From Octopus sinensis (lineage: Eukaryota), in contig NC_043003.1 in assembly GCF_006345805.1 (NCBI RefSeq), forward strand, positions 41,044,001-41,108,000: a stretch of DNA of 64,000 nucleotides. The letters are read 5' to 3'. Position 1 is the first letter of the stretch, and the number at the start of each line of letters is the position of its first letter. Positions 1-13,981 of the stretch are shown here, one piece after another. The notes beneath the pieces are model-generated. The model was not told the origin of the DNA. It was given only the letters and a program-made list of their open reading frames with translations, and made no database searches. Made by a program: the position numbers and the translations under genes.

Positions 1-394
1 AATAATAATAATAATAATAATAATAATTCCTGATTATGTTTTACTGTTTTACGACCAAAAATCTCGAGCTGGGCTATCAGTCAGGTCGTAAACATATAGC
101 TTTGCCCCCCAGAATAATTACAACACACAAGTAAAATTGAAAATACCGTCCAGACATAAAACCTTTAGTCTATATGATGTTAAAATGTTGTTTGCTTGTT
201 TGACATTGCTAGCGCATACTACGATACATACGTACCTACATGCATTTAATCATATAAATTTATATATATTTGCTCAAATAAATACACTGCGGTGCACACA
301 TTTGCACGGCCGTTTAAATCAAATGGGCTTCCATACTTTTCGACGATAAATATTCCAGTTTCTCGATGAAGTAAAGTGATTATCTATTCTTTTG

Positions 395-460
395 TAAGGC
401 CCGAAATTTTTTTTTGGTGGGAGCCAGTCGATTAGATCGATCCAGTACGCAACTAGTACT
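395..460 (-). mobile_element. 3' fragment of the abundant tRNA-SINE family (same as 13982-14195)
   Basis: taaggcccgaaattt...ccagtcgattagatcga.ccagtacgcaact.gtac is the reverse complement of the tail at ~14115-14180. Confidence 0.75.
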
Positions 461-469
461 TTCAATCTT

Positions 470-2560
470 TCTTTTGATTTTCCCTTCATATATCTCATTT
501 TCTAATGACGTATAAGGTGCCTTTCCAATTTAATCTCCTTATTGTAATATATAAGTTTGGTAAACGTTTCTTGCTCCTTGCCAGTGATTTTTACTGTTTT
601 TTTCATTTCATTTTCATTCAATACGGTATTCCTATGTCATCTAGTGTTGCTACAAGTGTAGTTACAATGCTTTGTATTTCATAACCTAGACATTTGAGTG
701 CCAATGTCGTCTGCATTTCTAACATGGATGATTTTCTTACATTCTATTCATACTCCTGGCATGCCTTCTATTTCTTTGATGATCTTGTCTGTGACTAAGT
801 TAAGTACGCTAAAAGATAGTAAACTGACTTGCCTGAATTCCTTCTTAGTATGAAGTTTTTCATTTCTTTTTATGGTTCTGTGTTTTCCACTTCATTTTAC
901 ATTCAGCATAATTTTGACATTATTTGGAGTCTTTATTTAATAACAGATCTTGATTTCTAGAAGATCATTTTTCACGGTATATTTTATCGACAGCCTTGGT
1001 AAAGATTTGTTTGTTCATTTGTGCTTGCTTTAATTATTCCATTATCTATTTAACTTAGGATTGAAGTATTGTGACAGTCTTGGAATTCTTTTTTCCCTGG
1101 TAAAGAAACATAGATCGATTGCTTCCTCGAGGCCATCGAAGTGGTCAAACTAATACTTTACTTTACCAATGTCTGTTATTAGACGTATGTTGTTATCAAA
1201 TATGTTTAATGCTTTTGTTAGTATTTATTTTGTACGAGTTGCCTTTCGATGTTTCTTTGACTTCGTTACTTTTCTACTTCTTATTAAGCTTTTGGTTCCA
1301 TTAGCAAATTCCAAATTAGGCACAAATTTTCTGTGATAATCATCGTACGGCTCTTTTATGTATCCAACCAACACAGGAGCAATCTGCTCATCGTTAATAT
1401 TTCCTTGATTTTGTTACTTGTTTATTCATGAATTTGCCACTTGTGATCTCATTAATTTTGTCATATATGTATTTAGATTTATTAAATTTTGCCATTTTTT
1501 GGCATTGATCGCCAAACCATTTAGTTTTAGCTTTTCCAACTTTCAGTAAAGATCTCTATACTTGGAGAACTCAGTCTATCCCCAACGGTATCATATTTCT
1601 TTCTTCCTTCCATTTTTGATAGAATTTCATTTGTCGAGGAGTTTTACTCTCCTTTTCCCCCTTTTAGGCAATGCTTTCATTAATTATGCTTGCACGCAAG
1701 TTTTAATTGTGTTCTATTTATCTTCCATTTGTTGTTTATTAAAAGCTTCCTCTATTTCTTCTTCATTATATAAATATCTATTCTTGTTCCTTATTTATAC
1801 ATTCTACATAGCTTGTATTCTGTCAGTTGTAGCTTGTTCAGTTTAATTGTTCTCATCTTTTAACCATTTTCAGTTTCTTTAGTTTGATGTACAGTTTAAT
1901 TAATTGATATCAGCTCCAGGGCATATTTTGCAAATTTCACTCAATATCCTAATTGTTGGTTTATCATTACATAGTCTATTTCATTTCATGGTATGTTACA
2001 TAATATTCTTTGTGGTTCCTAAAATAGAAAGTAGATGTCTGCCAAAATATTTCTTTGACAAAAACGGATCAGACGGTCTCTATTTTCATTTCTTTCATGT
2101 AATCTATATCGAAAATTATTATGATCGGTGTTTTCTCTGCCTACATATGCGTTAAAATCACTTATGAATTTGGATCATTCAGGTTTTGTTTTCTTATATT
2201 CTCAATATGTTGTTAGAATTTTTTTCAAGCTCATCATCACTATGTAATGATATACAAATATATAAGTGAATGATGTTGATATTGAAAAGTTTTCCATGGT
2301 GTTACGTCGTTTTTATCACTGTATCCGATATTGTCAAATAATCAATTAATGGTTTTCTATGGTAGCTTCCTTTTAATCCCCAAGCCTTTTGTATGCCGTT
2401 TACCACCAGAATACAGCATTGAATGATTATCTCATACAATTTAACCATTATCTCTCCACAGAGTTTTCGATATTTCCAGGATGAGTATACTAATTATTTG
2501 AGAGCGTAAGTGTATGCCACTATTTCCTGGTTGATATAAATTTGCTCATGTATACCAAAT
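470..2560 (-). mobile_element. Decayed RTE-like non-LTR retrotransposon (APE endonuclease + RT remnants)
   Basis: Minus-strand remnants: HSMLYSGGKRHTKG (~2385-2425, EN), AYVGRENT (~2125-2150, GDFNA.VG region), VGYIKEPYD (~1343-1372, FIDY.KAYDS-like), TKKEFRQ (~826-850, GVRQG-like), RNADDI (~703-722, YADD). Many stops and frameshifts. Confidence 0.7.
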
Positions 2561-3245
2561 ACATAGACATAAAATGTTATTTCGAGTTATAAGAACAGTT
2601 CATATTTATAAGAACTATCAGACAGTAATATCCCATAAGTATATATAATATAATCAACGTTAGCTGCCTTCTCAACGAGGAATTCATTTCTTTACTTAAA
2701 TGTTATACCCTCAGTCAGCTGCAACACATCCAGGGCCGCCATCGTCTTGCTTATAGCTCCTTATGCAATTCATATTTAATATGCACACACACGTATGCAC
2801 ACAGAATTGCACACGCACACACAACACGAACATGACGAATGCACGTATATACACAAGAAGTCACACTATACACTATACACAAAGCAGAGTGTGTATATTA
2901 TATAGGAAACGAACACTTTCTGAAATGTTAACTTTACATACATAATCTCGATGTCATGAGAATATAATGTGCTTGTGTACATGCTTACAGAAATGCATTA
3001 AACGTTTTGCGTAAGTCAATTGAACACAAGGATCTTTGAGACATCTTCTAATGTTAATCGGTTACCAATCATATCTCACAATAAACGTGATTTCTATTTT
3101 GATTATGTTTCTGCCTTTATTTTTTTTAATGTTTCTGTCTTTCTTGCACGCTTCTTCTCTGAATTGGCCCTTTGAGTAAATCAGCAACATGAAGCTCAAG
3201 GAAAAGACTTTGGAAAAATCAGGTACTGCTGCAGCAGTAGTAACT

Positions 3246-3411
<166 letters not shown>

Positions 3412-4724
3412 TAAGCGGCAGCGGAAGTATTAATAATGATAAAATGTAGTAACATTGATATGCACGTGCTAGTTTACATGCATTTTCTGTGCTTATATGT
3501 AGACATGCCGTCACATACTCATACTCATAGGCATGCAGACCCGTTTATATGTATATATATGTGTTTATTATTATATAAATTAACTCTGAAAATACATAAT
3601 CGTAAAACGTAAGCTATTAACAAGTAGTGGACAGATTCTGTAGATTTTATTTACAGCATATATATCTCTAGGGAGGATTTGGTCGATCGATATATGTATA
3701 TATATATATATATTATATATAATATATATATAATATATATATATATATGTATGTATGTGTGTGTGTATGTATATATATATATATTATATATATATATATA
3801 CATGCACAGACATACACATACACATAAATAAACATATGTATGTATTTATATATGAACACACATATACATAGTTATCTATCAATGCATGTACTCATTTTAT
3901 GTATATACGTGTGTAAATTTGTATAATTTTTTTAAATGTGTGTGTTTGTTTGCGCGCGTTTATACCGAATACTGATAAACATTTCTTGGCATATGAATAT
4001 GTATATCTTTACACACGCACACGATATATACTTATATATACATATTAATACACACACAGAGATATGATACACACACACACACACACACATATTAACACAT
4101 ACATATACGGTGTCCATTATAAGATAAAGGAAATGTAGATGAGCAAAGCTGGGAAATCACAACACCCTCCCATTATTTAAGATAAATAATACCCACAAGA
4201 ATGACGGTTAGTTAAAGCATAATGGTCCCCTGGACACACACATACACACACTAATACGCAGACGCCCATACACATTCTCATATACACGCGCACACTAAAG
4301 AACGACATAAATATAAACTTTATTCAAAACAATATCAATACAAGAATGCTTTCATAAATTTTGTAAAACCATGGTACCTATCTGTGTATCAAGAAGGGAT
4401 ATTAGCTACTTTAGCAATTACAACAACTGTATCTCATAAAGTATCAAACTGCAACAGTTGTTAACAATAACAGCGGCAAGAATTACAAGGGAATCTCGTT
4501 CTTAATAACAACTACAACGTTAATGTTAATTATAACGACTATTACTACAACAATATGGCAATTTATATTTTCCGTCACCAAGACAACAATAGAATATGGA
4601 GGAAAAAAATCTAGAACAAAACAAAACAAAACAAAGCAAAAACAAAAACTCCACCGAAAATAGAGTACTACATAAGGTAGTGTAATAGCTTGTAATGACT
4701 AGATGACTAGGGGAGTAGAAGGTG

Positions 4725-4888
4725 AAGATGATGATGATGATGGTGACGATGATGATGACGATGATGATGATGATGACGACGATGATGATGACGATGATGA
4801 TGATATACGGCGACGATGATGATGATGATGATGATGATGACGATGATGATGATGATAGGGGTGGTGTTGGTGGTGCTGGTGATGGTAG

Positions 4889-4931
<43 letters not shown>

Positions 4932-5543
4932 GAAGCAGAAAAGAAGAAGAAGAAGAAGAAGAGAAAGAAGAAGAAGCAAGAGAAAGAGATATAATGATAA
5001 AATTAAGAACAAGGAGATGAAGGAGGAGAAACAGAAGAAGAAGAGGAAGTGATGGAGAAGAAAATAAAGAGGAAGAGAAAAGGAAAAAAAGAAGAAGTAG
5101 AAGAAGAAGAAGAGAAAGAAGAAGAAGCAAGAGAAAGAGATATAATGATAAAATTAAGAACAAGGAGATGAAGGAGGAGAAACAGAAGAAGAAGAGGAAG
5201 TGATGGAGAAGAAAATAAAGAGGAAGAGAAAAGGAAAAAAAGAAGAAGTAGAAGAGAAGAAGAAGAGAAGAAGAAGAAGAAAAAGCAAGAGAAAGAGAGA
5301 AAGAGATATAATTGATAAAATTAAGAACAAGGAGATGAAGGAGAGAAACAGAAGAAGAAGAGGAAGTGATGGAGAAGAAAATAAGAGGAAGAGAAAAGGA
5401 AAAAAAGAAGAAGTAGAAGTAGAAGAAGAAGAAGAAGAAGAAGAAGAAGAAGAAGAAGAAGAAGAAGAAGAAGAAGAAGAAGAAGAAGAAGAAGAAGAAG
5501 AAGAAGAAGAAGAAGAAGAAGAAGAAGAAGAAGAAGAAGAAGA
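4725..5543. repeat. (GAT)n and (GAA)n tracts flanking three copies of a ~151-158 bp purine-rich unit
   Basis: Unit anchor aagcaagagaaagag.. recurs at 4974, 5125 and 5283; pure (GAA)n at ~5420-5543. Confidence 0.9.
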
Positions 5544-5707
5544 ACTTTGCAAAGTTAATAGAAAATGAAGAGGAGGTACGTGTTGAAGAGAAAAAGAAAA
5601 ATGAAAGCACTAGAAATAGAAGAACAAGAAAAAAATGGAAATGAAGTAGTACAACAAACCCAACAAGACGGACGGTTAAACTAGTAGAAAAAGAAAAGAT
5701 ATGCGAA

Positions 5708-5767
<60 letters not shown>

Positions 5768-6048
5768 GTTATTATTATTAGTGGAAATAAAGAAGAAAAG
5801 AAAGAGAAAGGCAGGAGTGGAATGAAAAGTAAATGGCGGATAAAAACAATAATAACGAAAGCCATGGTATCAAGGAAAATAATTACAACGAACTATTAAC
5901 TCACCTACAACAGTCATAACGATAAAAACAACATTAAATAGAGAAAAACGTTATTAGAAAACAACATGAATACAAAAATGACCAACAACTATACAAGAAG
6001 AATAAAAGTAATGTCGATAAGATGAAAAAATAGCAAGCACAAGAACAG

Positions 6049-6260
6049 CAATAATGATAATACTACTACTACTACTAATAATAGTAATAATAATAATAAG
6101 GATTATGATAATAATAATAATAATGATAATAATAATAATAATAATAATAATATAATAATAATAATAATAATATAATATAAATAATATAAATAATAATATT
6201 AAAAATAATAATAATAATAATAATATAAATAATAAAAATAAAAATAATATAATAATAATA

Positions 6261-6340
<80 letters not shown>
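6049..6340. repeat. (AAT)n microsatellite
   Basis: Directly visible. Confidence 0.95.
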
Positions 6341-6342
<2 letters not shown>

Positions 6343-6687
6343 CAAGATGGAGACAATAATAGTTGGTTTCAGATTGGTTGTACTGTTAAACACATTAAAC
6401 GCCATATTTAAGACAAACGTAGAACTAGCTAACTTACAACAATAATAATCTGTGGACAACAGGAACGATAACAACAACAAGAACAACAGCAACTACAACA
6501 ACAATGCAAACTACAGCAATTCGGTGTCTTAGCTGGTTTTCTGTGTGTATTAACTTTGAAACCCCATGTTTAAGACAAACCGGAAATGTGATATTATCAT
6601 CATGCCTGTATTATCCACGCTTCACTTTAATAGTTTTTTTGTTGTTCATATAACGTATCGAATATACATCTATATATGTATATAAGT

Positions 6688-6735
<48 letters not shown>

Positions 6736-6799
6736 TGTGTGTGTGTGTATGTGTGTGTGTATGTGCATGTGTGTGTATGTGTGTATGATTATATGTATG

Positions 6800-6839
<40 letters not shown>

Positions 6840-7711
6840 GACACACACATACATATATATTTATAGACACACATATATGTGTATATATGTAAATAAATAA
6901 ATAAATATATATGTATGCATGCAATATATATATATATATGTATATGTATATATGTTTGTGCGTGTGTTGGTCTGTGTGTATGTGTGTATGCATGTCTGTG
7001 TGTGTGCGTTGCATCCTCAGATTGAGTATGCACGCTCTAGTATATATATATATCTGTATAGATACATATACTTGCATAAGCATAGAACAACACATCCATA
7101 TATCCGAACGTATATACGAGCGACGATATAAATAACTGTATATACTTATTATTGGCTAGTTGGACAACCCACGTGTTGTTTTGTGGTTAACGAGTTCACT
7201 TCTCTATCACGTGCTATTTCATTCTATTCAAGTTAATGGCACTTTGGGTCTTTGTTTTCGAGATAGCTTCCACTTGACTATTGACTAACGAATAAGATCC
7301 CGGAGAATAGAAAATGCAAAAGATCGATGTTTCTGTGTAGACATGTGTATGCACGTTTGTATGTGTGTGTGTGCGTGTGTGTGTATGTATGCATCTATGT
7401 TTGTATGTGTATGCATACATGTATATAAATACGTATATGCATACGTTACACATGCACAAGTTCACATACGTCAGAGTCACTTGCCCCTATTCGCACATAC
7501 AGACTTACACACTCACACACACATACACACGCGCACTTACCATTGTTGTCTTGTTGGGATCACTAACATTAATTTTATCCCTCTTTCATTTAACGTATTT
7601 TATATTATTATCTCCCTTTCTTTCAACCTCTTTTTCCAATCATTCGCCTTGTTGGCCCGCTGAACTCTCCACGTTTTATTTTTATCTCTCTCTGTTTATT
7701 TTCTAATATAC

Positions 7712-7747
7712 CTTTCTGTTGAAGAGCCTAGGCTCGAATCATGAAAG
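7712..7747 (+). ncRNA. Degenerate hammerhead-like motif, family A (U6 core variant)
   Basis: CTTT-CTGTTGA-A-GAGC-CTAG-GCTC-GAAT-CA-TG-AAAG; homologous to 11190 and 44677 but mutated in the GAAA/UH strand. Confidence 0.45.
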
Positions 7748-9781
7748 ACTTTTTCATTTTTCTTGAGCGTCAAACTAAATACTCTTGCTTGTTTTTCATA
7801 CATCTGTCTTAGACATTTGTTTTTCTATAAATTTCAGCTATATACTAAACGCTCACGTAGTTACCCCAGTTTGAACCTGACTGGACTTCCTACTCTTTGG
7901 ACTTTCGTATATATATGTACGTATAAGTTTACATGTATAATATTTCTTTTCACATACAGATTTAAATTGAAAACCTGCATATACCATACTGAAGAGTTTT
8001 AAGAGATATGACTATAATAAAAATATTTTACTGCTGCCACTATATTTTCTCGTCAAGATGTTCTGCCTTAGAACTTTAGCAAATTGGTAAAAAAAATATA
8101 TGTTGATATGTTGTTCTGAATCATATATCAATCCCAGAAATCGTTTGAGAATTATAACTTTCTATCTGATTTGAAAGCAGTCGAGAACTTTTTGTTTTTG
8201 TGTGTCCATTTTCATCTGTTAACAAATATGAAAAGGAATTCCATCAAGCTATCAAGTAGATTTATGCGCTCAGTTCTTAGTAAGAGATCATCTCACCGAC
8301 GAGCGAATGAAATTCCCACAGCAGAGTGTCTGTGATTAAAGAAGAAATAAATGGTGAATTAAAAATTTAACCATTGAAAATATATAACGAGAATGCAATA
8401 CAATATTTTGAAATTGTTTTATTAAGAAATGGGAGAACTATATAGGACATCATCATAATCCAAAGAACGCAGAAGTGCAAATGAAAAATGTGTGAACCTG
8501 TCTTCGTCTTTGTTTTTTCTTTTTGCAAATTTTCTCAATTTATATATATATATTATATATAATATATATATATTATATATTATATATATATAATAGAATC
8601 ATATATATATTATATATATATATGCATATATACATGCGTATATGTACATACATCTATAACCTGTTGCCTGCCTTTTTTATTTATATATATATATATATAT
8701 ATTATATATTATATATATATATATTATATATATATATATACATATATATACATATATATATATGAATAAAAAAGGCAGGCAACAGGTTGCTTAGCCACAT
8801 ACCGAGAAAAGACTGTTTATTTCTATTTTCTACAAATAAGACTCCACATACGACATATCCCTGCAATTCACAAATGCAAAAGAGAAGGAAGAAATAACGA
8901 AAACAAAGTCTAACAGTTATTTACGAACGCGTTTTATTTATATACAAAATATATATTGAACTTTTGTAGAAGTTCCTACCGTTAACGGTTATATTTACAT
9001 GCGGAAATCTACCAGTAAATAATTGTTGGATTTATATATATATGCACATGTGGGCACAGGACATCACGAAACGTGTACAACAAAAACTACGAAGCACGAG
9101 TACATGGAACATGAACTATTCTTTCGAACAACGAAAGACACAAATGGAAAACGAAAAAACAACATAAGGAACGAATCTTCATCAGTAGTTTTTAGCTGTT
9201 TTTCTAGTCTCGTATTTTGAGCATATAACAATAATATACGCTTTCGATAAAACAGTTTCTCCCGCATAGGAATTGAAATGAAATTTACTATTTTGCGGGT
9301 GATGCAATGAAAATTGGTAACACAAATAAACATTATTATTATTATTATTATTATTATTAATCTATGTTTGACTTTTGCTTTATGTCTGTACAAGTTTGCT
9401 CCAAGTCTCACCCATAGACCTAAAGAGACAACAGGTTGAAAGTTCACGTTTTTGTTATGCCTAGTGTGCCATATATTTGGTTATTTTCTTGGTGTTGTAC
9501 TAGTGAATGTCTAAAAAATAAATTTTAAAAAGAAGTTTGTTTTAAACCTTGGGATTACATAGAGAGTATTTTGCGTAGGATATGAGCAGTTCCCATGAGC
9601 ATATTATTATTATTATTATTATTATATTATTATTATTATTATATTATTATTATTATTATTGTTATTATTATTATTATCATTCGGAGTGTTCTTGAAGCAT
9701 AACAAGTAAACAAGTATCACCGTAGTCTGCTGGCTAGGAACAGCTGAAACTTTCGATAATACCTGGCAAAAAAATACGCTG

Positions 9782-9869
<88 letters not shown>

Positions 9870-9871
9870 TG

Positions 9872-9908
<37 letters not shown>

Positions 9909-9931
9909 TAATAATAATAATAATATAGAAC

Positions 9932-9977
<46 letters not shown>

Positions 9978-10113
9978 ATAGATTGGTAGAATGACAGATA
10001 TAGATAATTATAAGATAGACGAGCACATGTCTATATGGATGTGTTCGTCTCTCTCCCTCTCCCTTTTTTCCATTCTTTCTCCCTTCCATTCTCTCCCCAT
10101 CTCTATCTCCCTC

Positions 10114-10148
<35 letters not shown>

Positions 10149-10150
<2 letters not shown>

Positions 10151-10282
10151 ACCGATAGAATAAGTACTAGGCTTACAAAGAATAAGTCCTGGGGTCGATT
10201 TATTCGGCTAAAACCCTTTAAGGTGGTGGTCAAGCATGGCCGCTGTCAAGTTAAAACAGGTATAACAAGTATAGGAATAAAG
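10149..10282 (+). mobile_element. 3' tail of a second tRNA-SINE family (CORE-like head, internal microsatellite)
   Basis: gaccgatagaataagtactaggcttacaaagaataagtcctggggtcgatt...gcatggccgc; related tails at ~37567-37715 (+), ~48655-48780 (-) and 51165-51730 (-). Confidence 0.7.
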
Positions 10283-10313
10283 AATGTACATATCTAGACA
10301 CACATACACACAG

Positions 10314-10412
<99 letters not shown>

Positions 10413-10950
10413 GCATATACATATATACACGAGCACACACACCTTTACGTATAGACATGCATTAATATAATCGTGCTTGTACGGATTAGGCCTTTCGCTG
10501 TCTAATAAAATCCACGATCGCGAAATCTACAGACGATGGAAATGAACAATTTGGCAACTTGCTTCCATTGTCCGTTTACATCGCTGAAGTTCATCTCTCC
10601 AGCATTTTGTCAATACCACCTTTGCCCACTGGATGACCCTCTGAGACCATTAATCTATCTGCTGCTTGCCACGTCTTCACCTAGATTCTAGGTCCTAGAA
10701 CGCCATGTGAAGTGGCTGTCGCTCCTATAGCTCCTGCACATTTCCATATTTACTACTAACTTTTATATCCCAATGCATTATGTCCTCCCATTGACAACCA
10801 ATGAGCTAATCTCTGCGTACGAGTTATCTGTTCCTTATCATACATATATTCTTACACGCTTGCACCTTGCATATATGAATACATATGCATTCATACATAG
10901 ATTCATACACATAGACACGCACGCACGCACACACACACACACACACACAC

Positions 10951-10993
<43 letters not shown>

Positions 10994-11059
10994 CATGCGG
11001 TGGACAGCATGATCGCAGTCCACTAATTAGAACTAGTAAATTGAATATATATACATACA

Positions 11060-11160
<101 letters not shown>

Positions 11161-11189
11161 TATATATGTGTGTATTTTGGGCTGTGTCC

Positions 11190-11224
11190 CTTTCTGTAGA
11201 AGAGCGTAGGCTCGAAACGTAAAA
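11190..11224 (+). ncRNA. Minimal type I hammerhead-like motif, family A (CUGUAGA core)
   Basis: TTT-CTGTAGA-A-GAGC-GTAG-GCTC-GAAA-CG-TA-AAA inside a ~150 bp element (11170-11320) between TA/CA tracts. Confidence 0.6.
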
Positions 11225-11472
11225 TGCTTTTTCTATTCCTGAGGGGTATACTAATACATCTCTTTGCTTTGTACACCACCTGTGATCGTCTTTTGTTTTT
11301 ATCGTAAAATCTCCCTATATACACACATACATATATATATTTTATTAGGTTCATTTAGAGGACTGCAATCTTAGAGGACTGCACACACATACATACACAT
11401 ACAATATATATATATATATATACATACATACACGCACATACGCACATACACACACACACACATATATATATA

Positions 11473-12979
11473 TTAGGTTGATGCAAAATAACTTATCATT
11501 TCAAAAACTTGAAGGCATCCTCTAATTTTATTTGATTTAGTGCAAAAACTCAACATGCAATATTTCCGCACAATTGAAGACTTTTTAGAGGTTGCCACCA
11601 TCCACTGAACCTTTTGTATATTGTTATTTTTCAGTTAGTATTTATTGAACAGTTCTGTCTGCTGGCCCCCTTCTACTGGCCCTGATATACAATTGTTTAA
11701 GAGATTCAAAGCAAAGTGGGTGGAAATTGGTAAGAACAATAACCAAACAGCAACAGATAACTCTGACATTGTAGAGGAAATCTCAGATGCTGAAGAAATC
11801 ATTCAATTTGCTCATGCTCAGTTTGATGAACAGCAACCTCGTGATAAATGTAAGGAATTGCTCGAGCTAACGCTCATTTTCCTCGGTGGTACCCCCAAGT
11901 CAGTTTTAAATCACCCGGAGCTTAATACAGAGCACGATGTATGACCAAGCTCATTTACTGCATTAAAATTTGGATGTTTAAATCTGAGAGGAAAAAGGAA
12001 TGAGAGAGGTTTGCTTCTTTTCAGCCTCGATATACATCAGATCGTGGTACCTGGTAACCATACGCTTGTGTGCCCTCTGTTCAGATATGCTTTTTATACA
12101 AAATCTGAAGCTATACAAGCAATACGATGACACTGAATAAGTTTTTAAGACATTTGTGGCAACATTCTGAGGAACATGTGACGCTTGCATTTTTTGATTC
12201 GGGTGTTTCACGTGAGACAAAAAACAAAATGAAGCATGCTCTGCAGAAACCAGTTGACTCAAAACCCAGCAAACGAGCATCGATAAATCCTGAATCAGCT
12301 GGCCAGAAACAACTTCAAGATTTCGTTACTATCAAAAAAAAAAAAAGATTCATTGAAATCCTAGAGGCGCCTTGCACTTTTCTTGATAACGATACTGAAG
12401 AATAAAATGATGATGAAAGTTATGTGAATGCAAGAGATATCGCATATGGATTCAAAGTGATAAACGAAATTATGGAAAGAGGTGTACGACTGATGGAGGA
12501 ATACAACAAACTGATAACCAATGATGGAGAACAGAAACAATACTTTCTTCAAATTGTTAAAAATCACAGGTCGTCACTCTCAAATAAAAACAAGAAAACG
12601 TTACTCTTGCTCCAGAAAAAAACAAAAAGTAAACTTACATACGTGTTTATGATATGCCTACTGGGGAAACTTCCACATAATAAAAGGTTAACGGGCTATA
12701 CGCTGTACCTCACTAAATACAATAGCCTAGAATGTCATCGATTTTTTTCAAACTAGGTTAACTAGATACGTATCAAACCGGTTCAGGCGAAAATATCAAC
12801 AAGACAATATTTTTGAACACAAACTGATATATATTTATTTTTAAAGCATGGTAGCAACCTTTAATTTTGCAACCCCAAATTTCGTATACAATGTTTTCTT
12901 AGGAATATGAACAAAGTAGGAGGGTGTCTCCCAGAGAAGTGACAAAATATTTTTTGACCCCTATTTTGCATCACCGTAA
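11473..12979 (+). mobile_element. Internally deleted hAT-superfamily (hATm-like) DNA transposon
   Basis: 18-bp imperfect TIRs ttaggttgatgcaaaata / tattttgcatcaccgtaa embedded in (TA)n. Transposase fragments STGPDIQLFKRF, QQPRDKCKELLELTLIFLGG, RHLWQHSEEHVTLAFFD and VINEIMERGVRL..EQKQYFLQIV; frameshifted. Confidence 0.75.
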
Positions 12980-12990
12980 TATATATATAT

Positions 12991-13038
<48 letters not shown>

Positions 13039-13169
13039 CACACCCACGCACAAACACACACACACAACACACACACACACACACACATTCGAAGGCACTC
13101 TTTAGCTGTTGTTAAAGCGTAGGTTTAGGAGAAGCTCACTGATATAATAAATCCAGATATGAAGGGAAT

Positions 13170-13212
<43 letters not shown>

Positions 13213-13281
13213 GTATATATCCATGTATACACACACGCATATACGCAAATACAAATATGCATACACACATATATAAGCATC

Positions 13282-13642
13282 TATGTCATTATTCAGTTTT
13301 ATTTCCCGATTTCTTGCGAATAGAGAAGTCGCGTACTAACCTAGATCCAAGGCTCCTTCAATGGAATTTCAACATCAACAGTGTATTTTTGTATATATGT
13401 ATATGTGCAAATTTTTATGTTTTGTTTTACGCGTGTATTTCCATGCATGTCTATACATTGCAACTGTGTGCATGAAAATAAACACACATCATATAAAACA
13501 TATAAATCTGCACATATACATACATATATGCCCTGTTGATGTTGACATTCCGATGAAGTGGCCTTGGAGGCCATGGATCCAGATTAGATAGAAAATGACT
13601 GTATTGGCAAGCAATCTTTAAATAAAACTTAATAATGACATA
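13282..13642. repeat. ~360 bp imperfect palindrome (foldback element)
   Basis: 13282-~13448 is the reverse complement of ~13469-13642 (tatgtcattatt..caacatcaacag / ctgttgatgttg..aataatgacata); mirror ORFs appear on both strands in the track. Confidence 0.85.
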
Positions 13643-13830
13643 CGTACATACATACATATATACATAAATACACAGATACAAATACGTAAAGGCTCTACTT
13701 CCTCCTAGTTTCGAACATACTGTGGGTATACAGCATCTTGAAAGATTCTGTATGTCTACGTATTATAAAAAGGCATGTGGAAGCCTACGCGGTGTGCCTG
13801 GGGTGCAGTAGTGGCTTACATATATATTTA

Positions 13831-13862
<32 letters not shown>

Positions 13863-13981
13863 TGTGTGACGTGTACTTTGATACCCTCTGCGCGGCCAAT
13901 GCAGAAAGAATGGCAATAAGAATAACGTTCCTCGGATAATTAGCAATGATCCCATTCAGATTGTTAATATTTGAGGATTGA

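Noticed and set aside
4699-5865. 388-aa ORF and overlapping poly-D/E/K ORFs
   Set aside because: Open only because (GAT)n, (GAA)n and (ATT)n lack stops on one strand; the plus-strand frames are interrupted and no domain is present.
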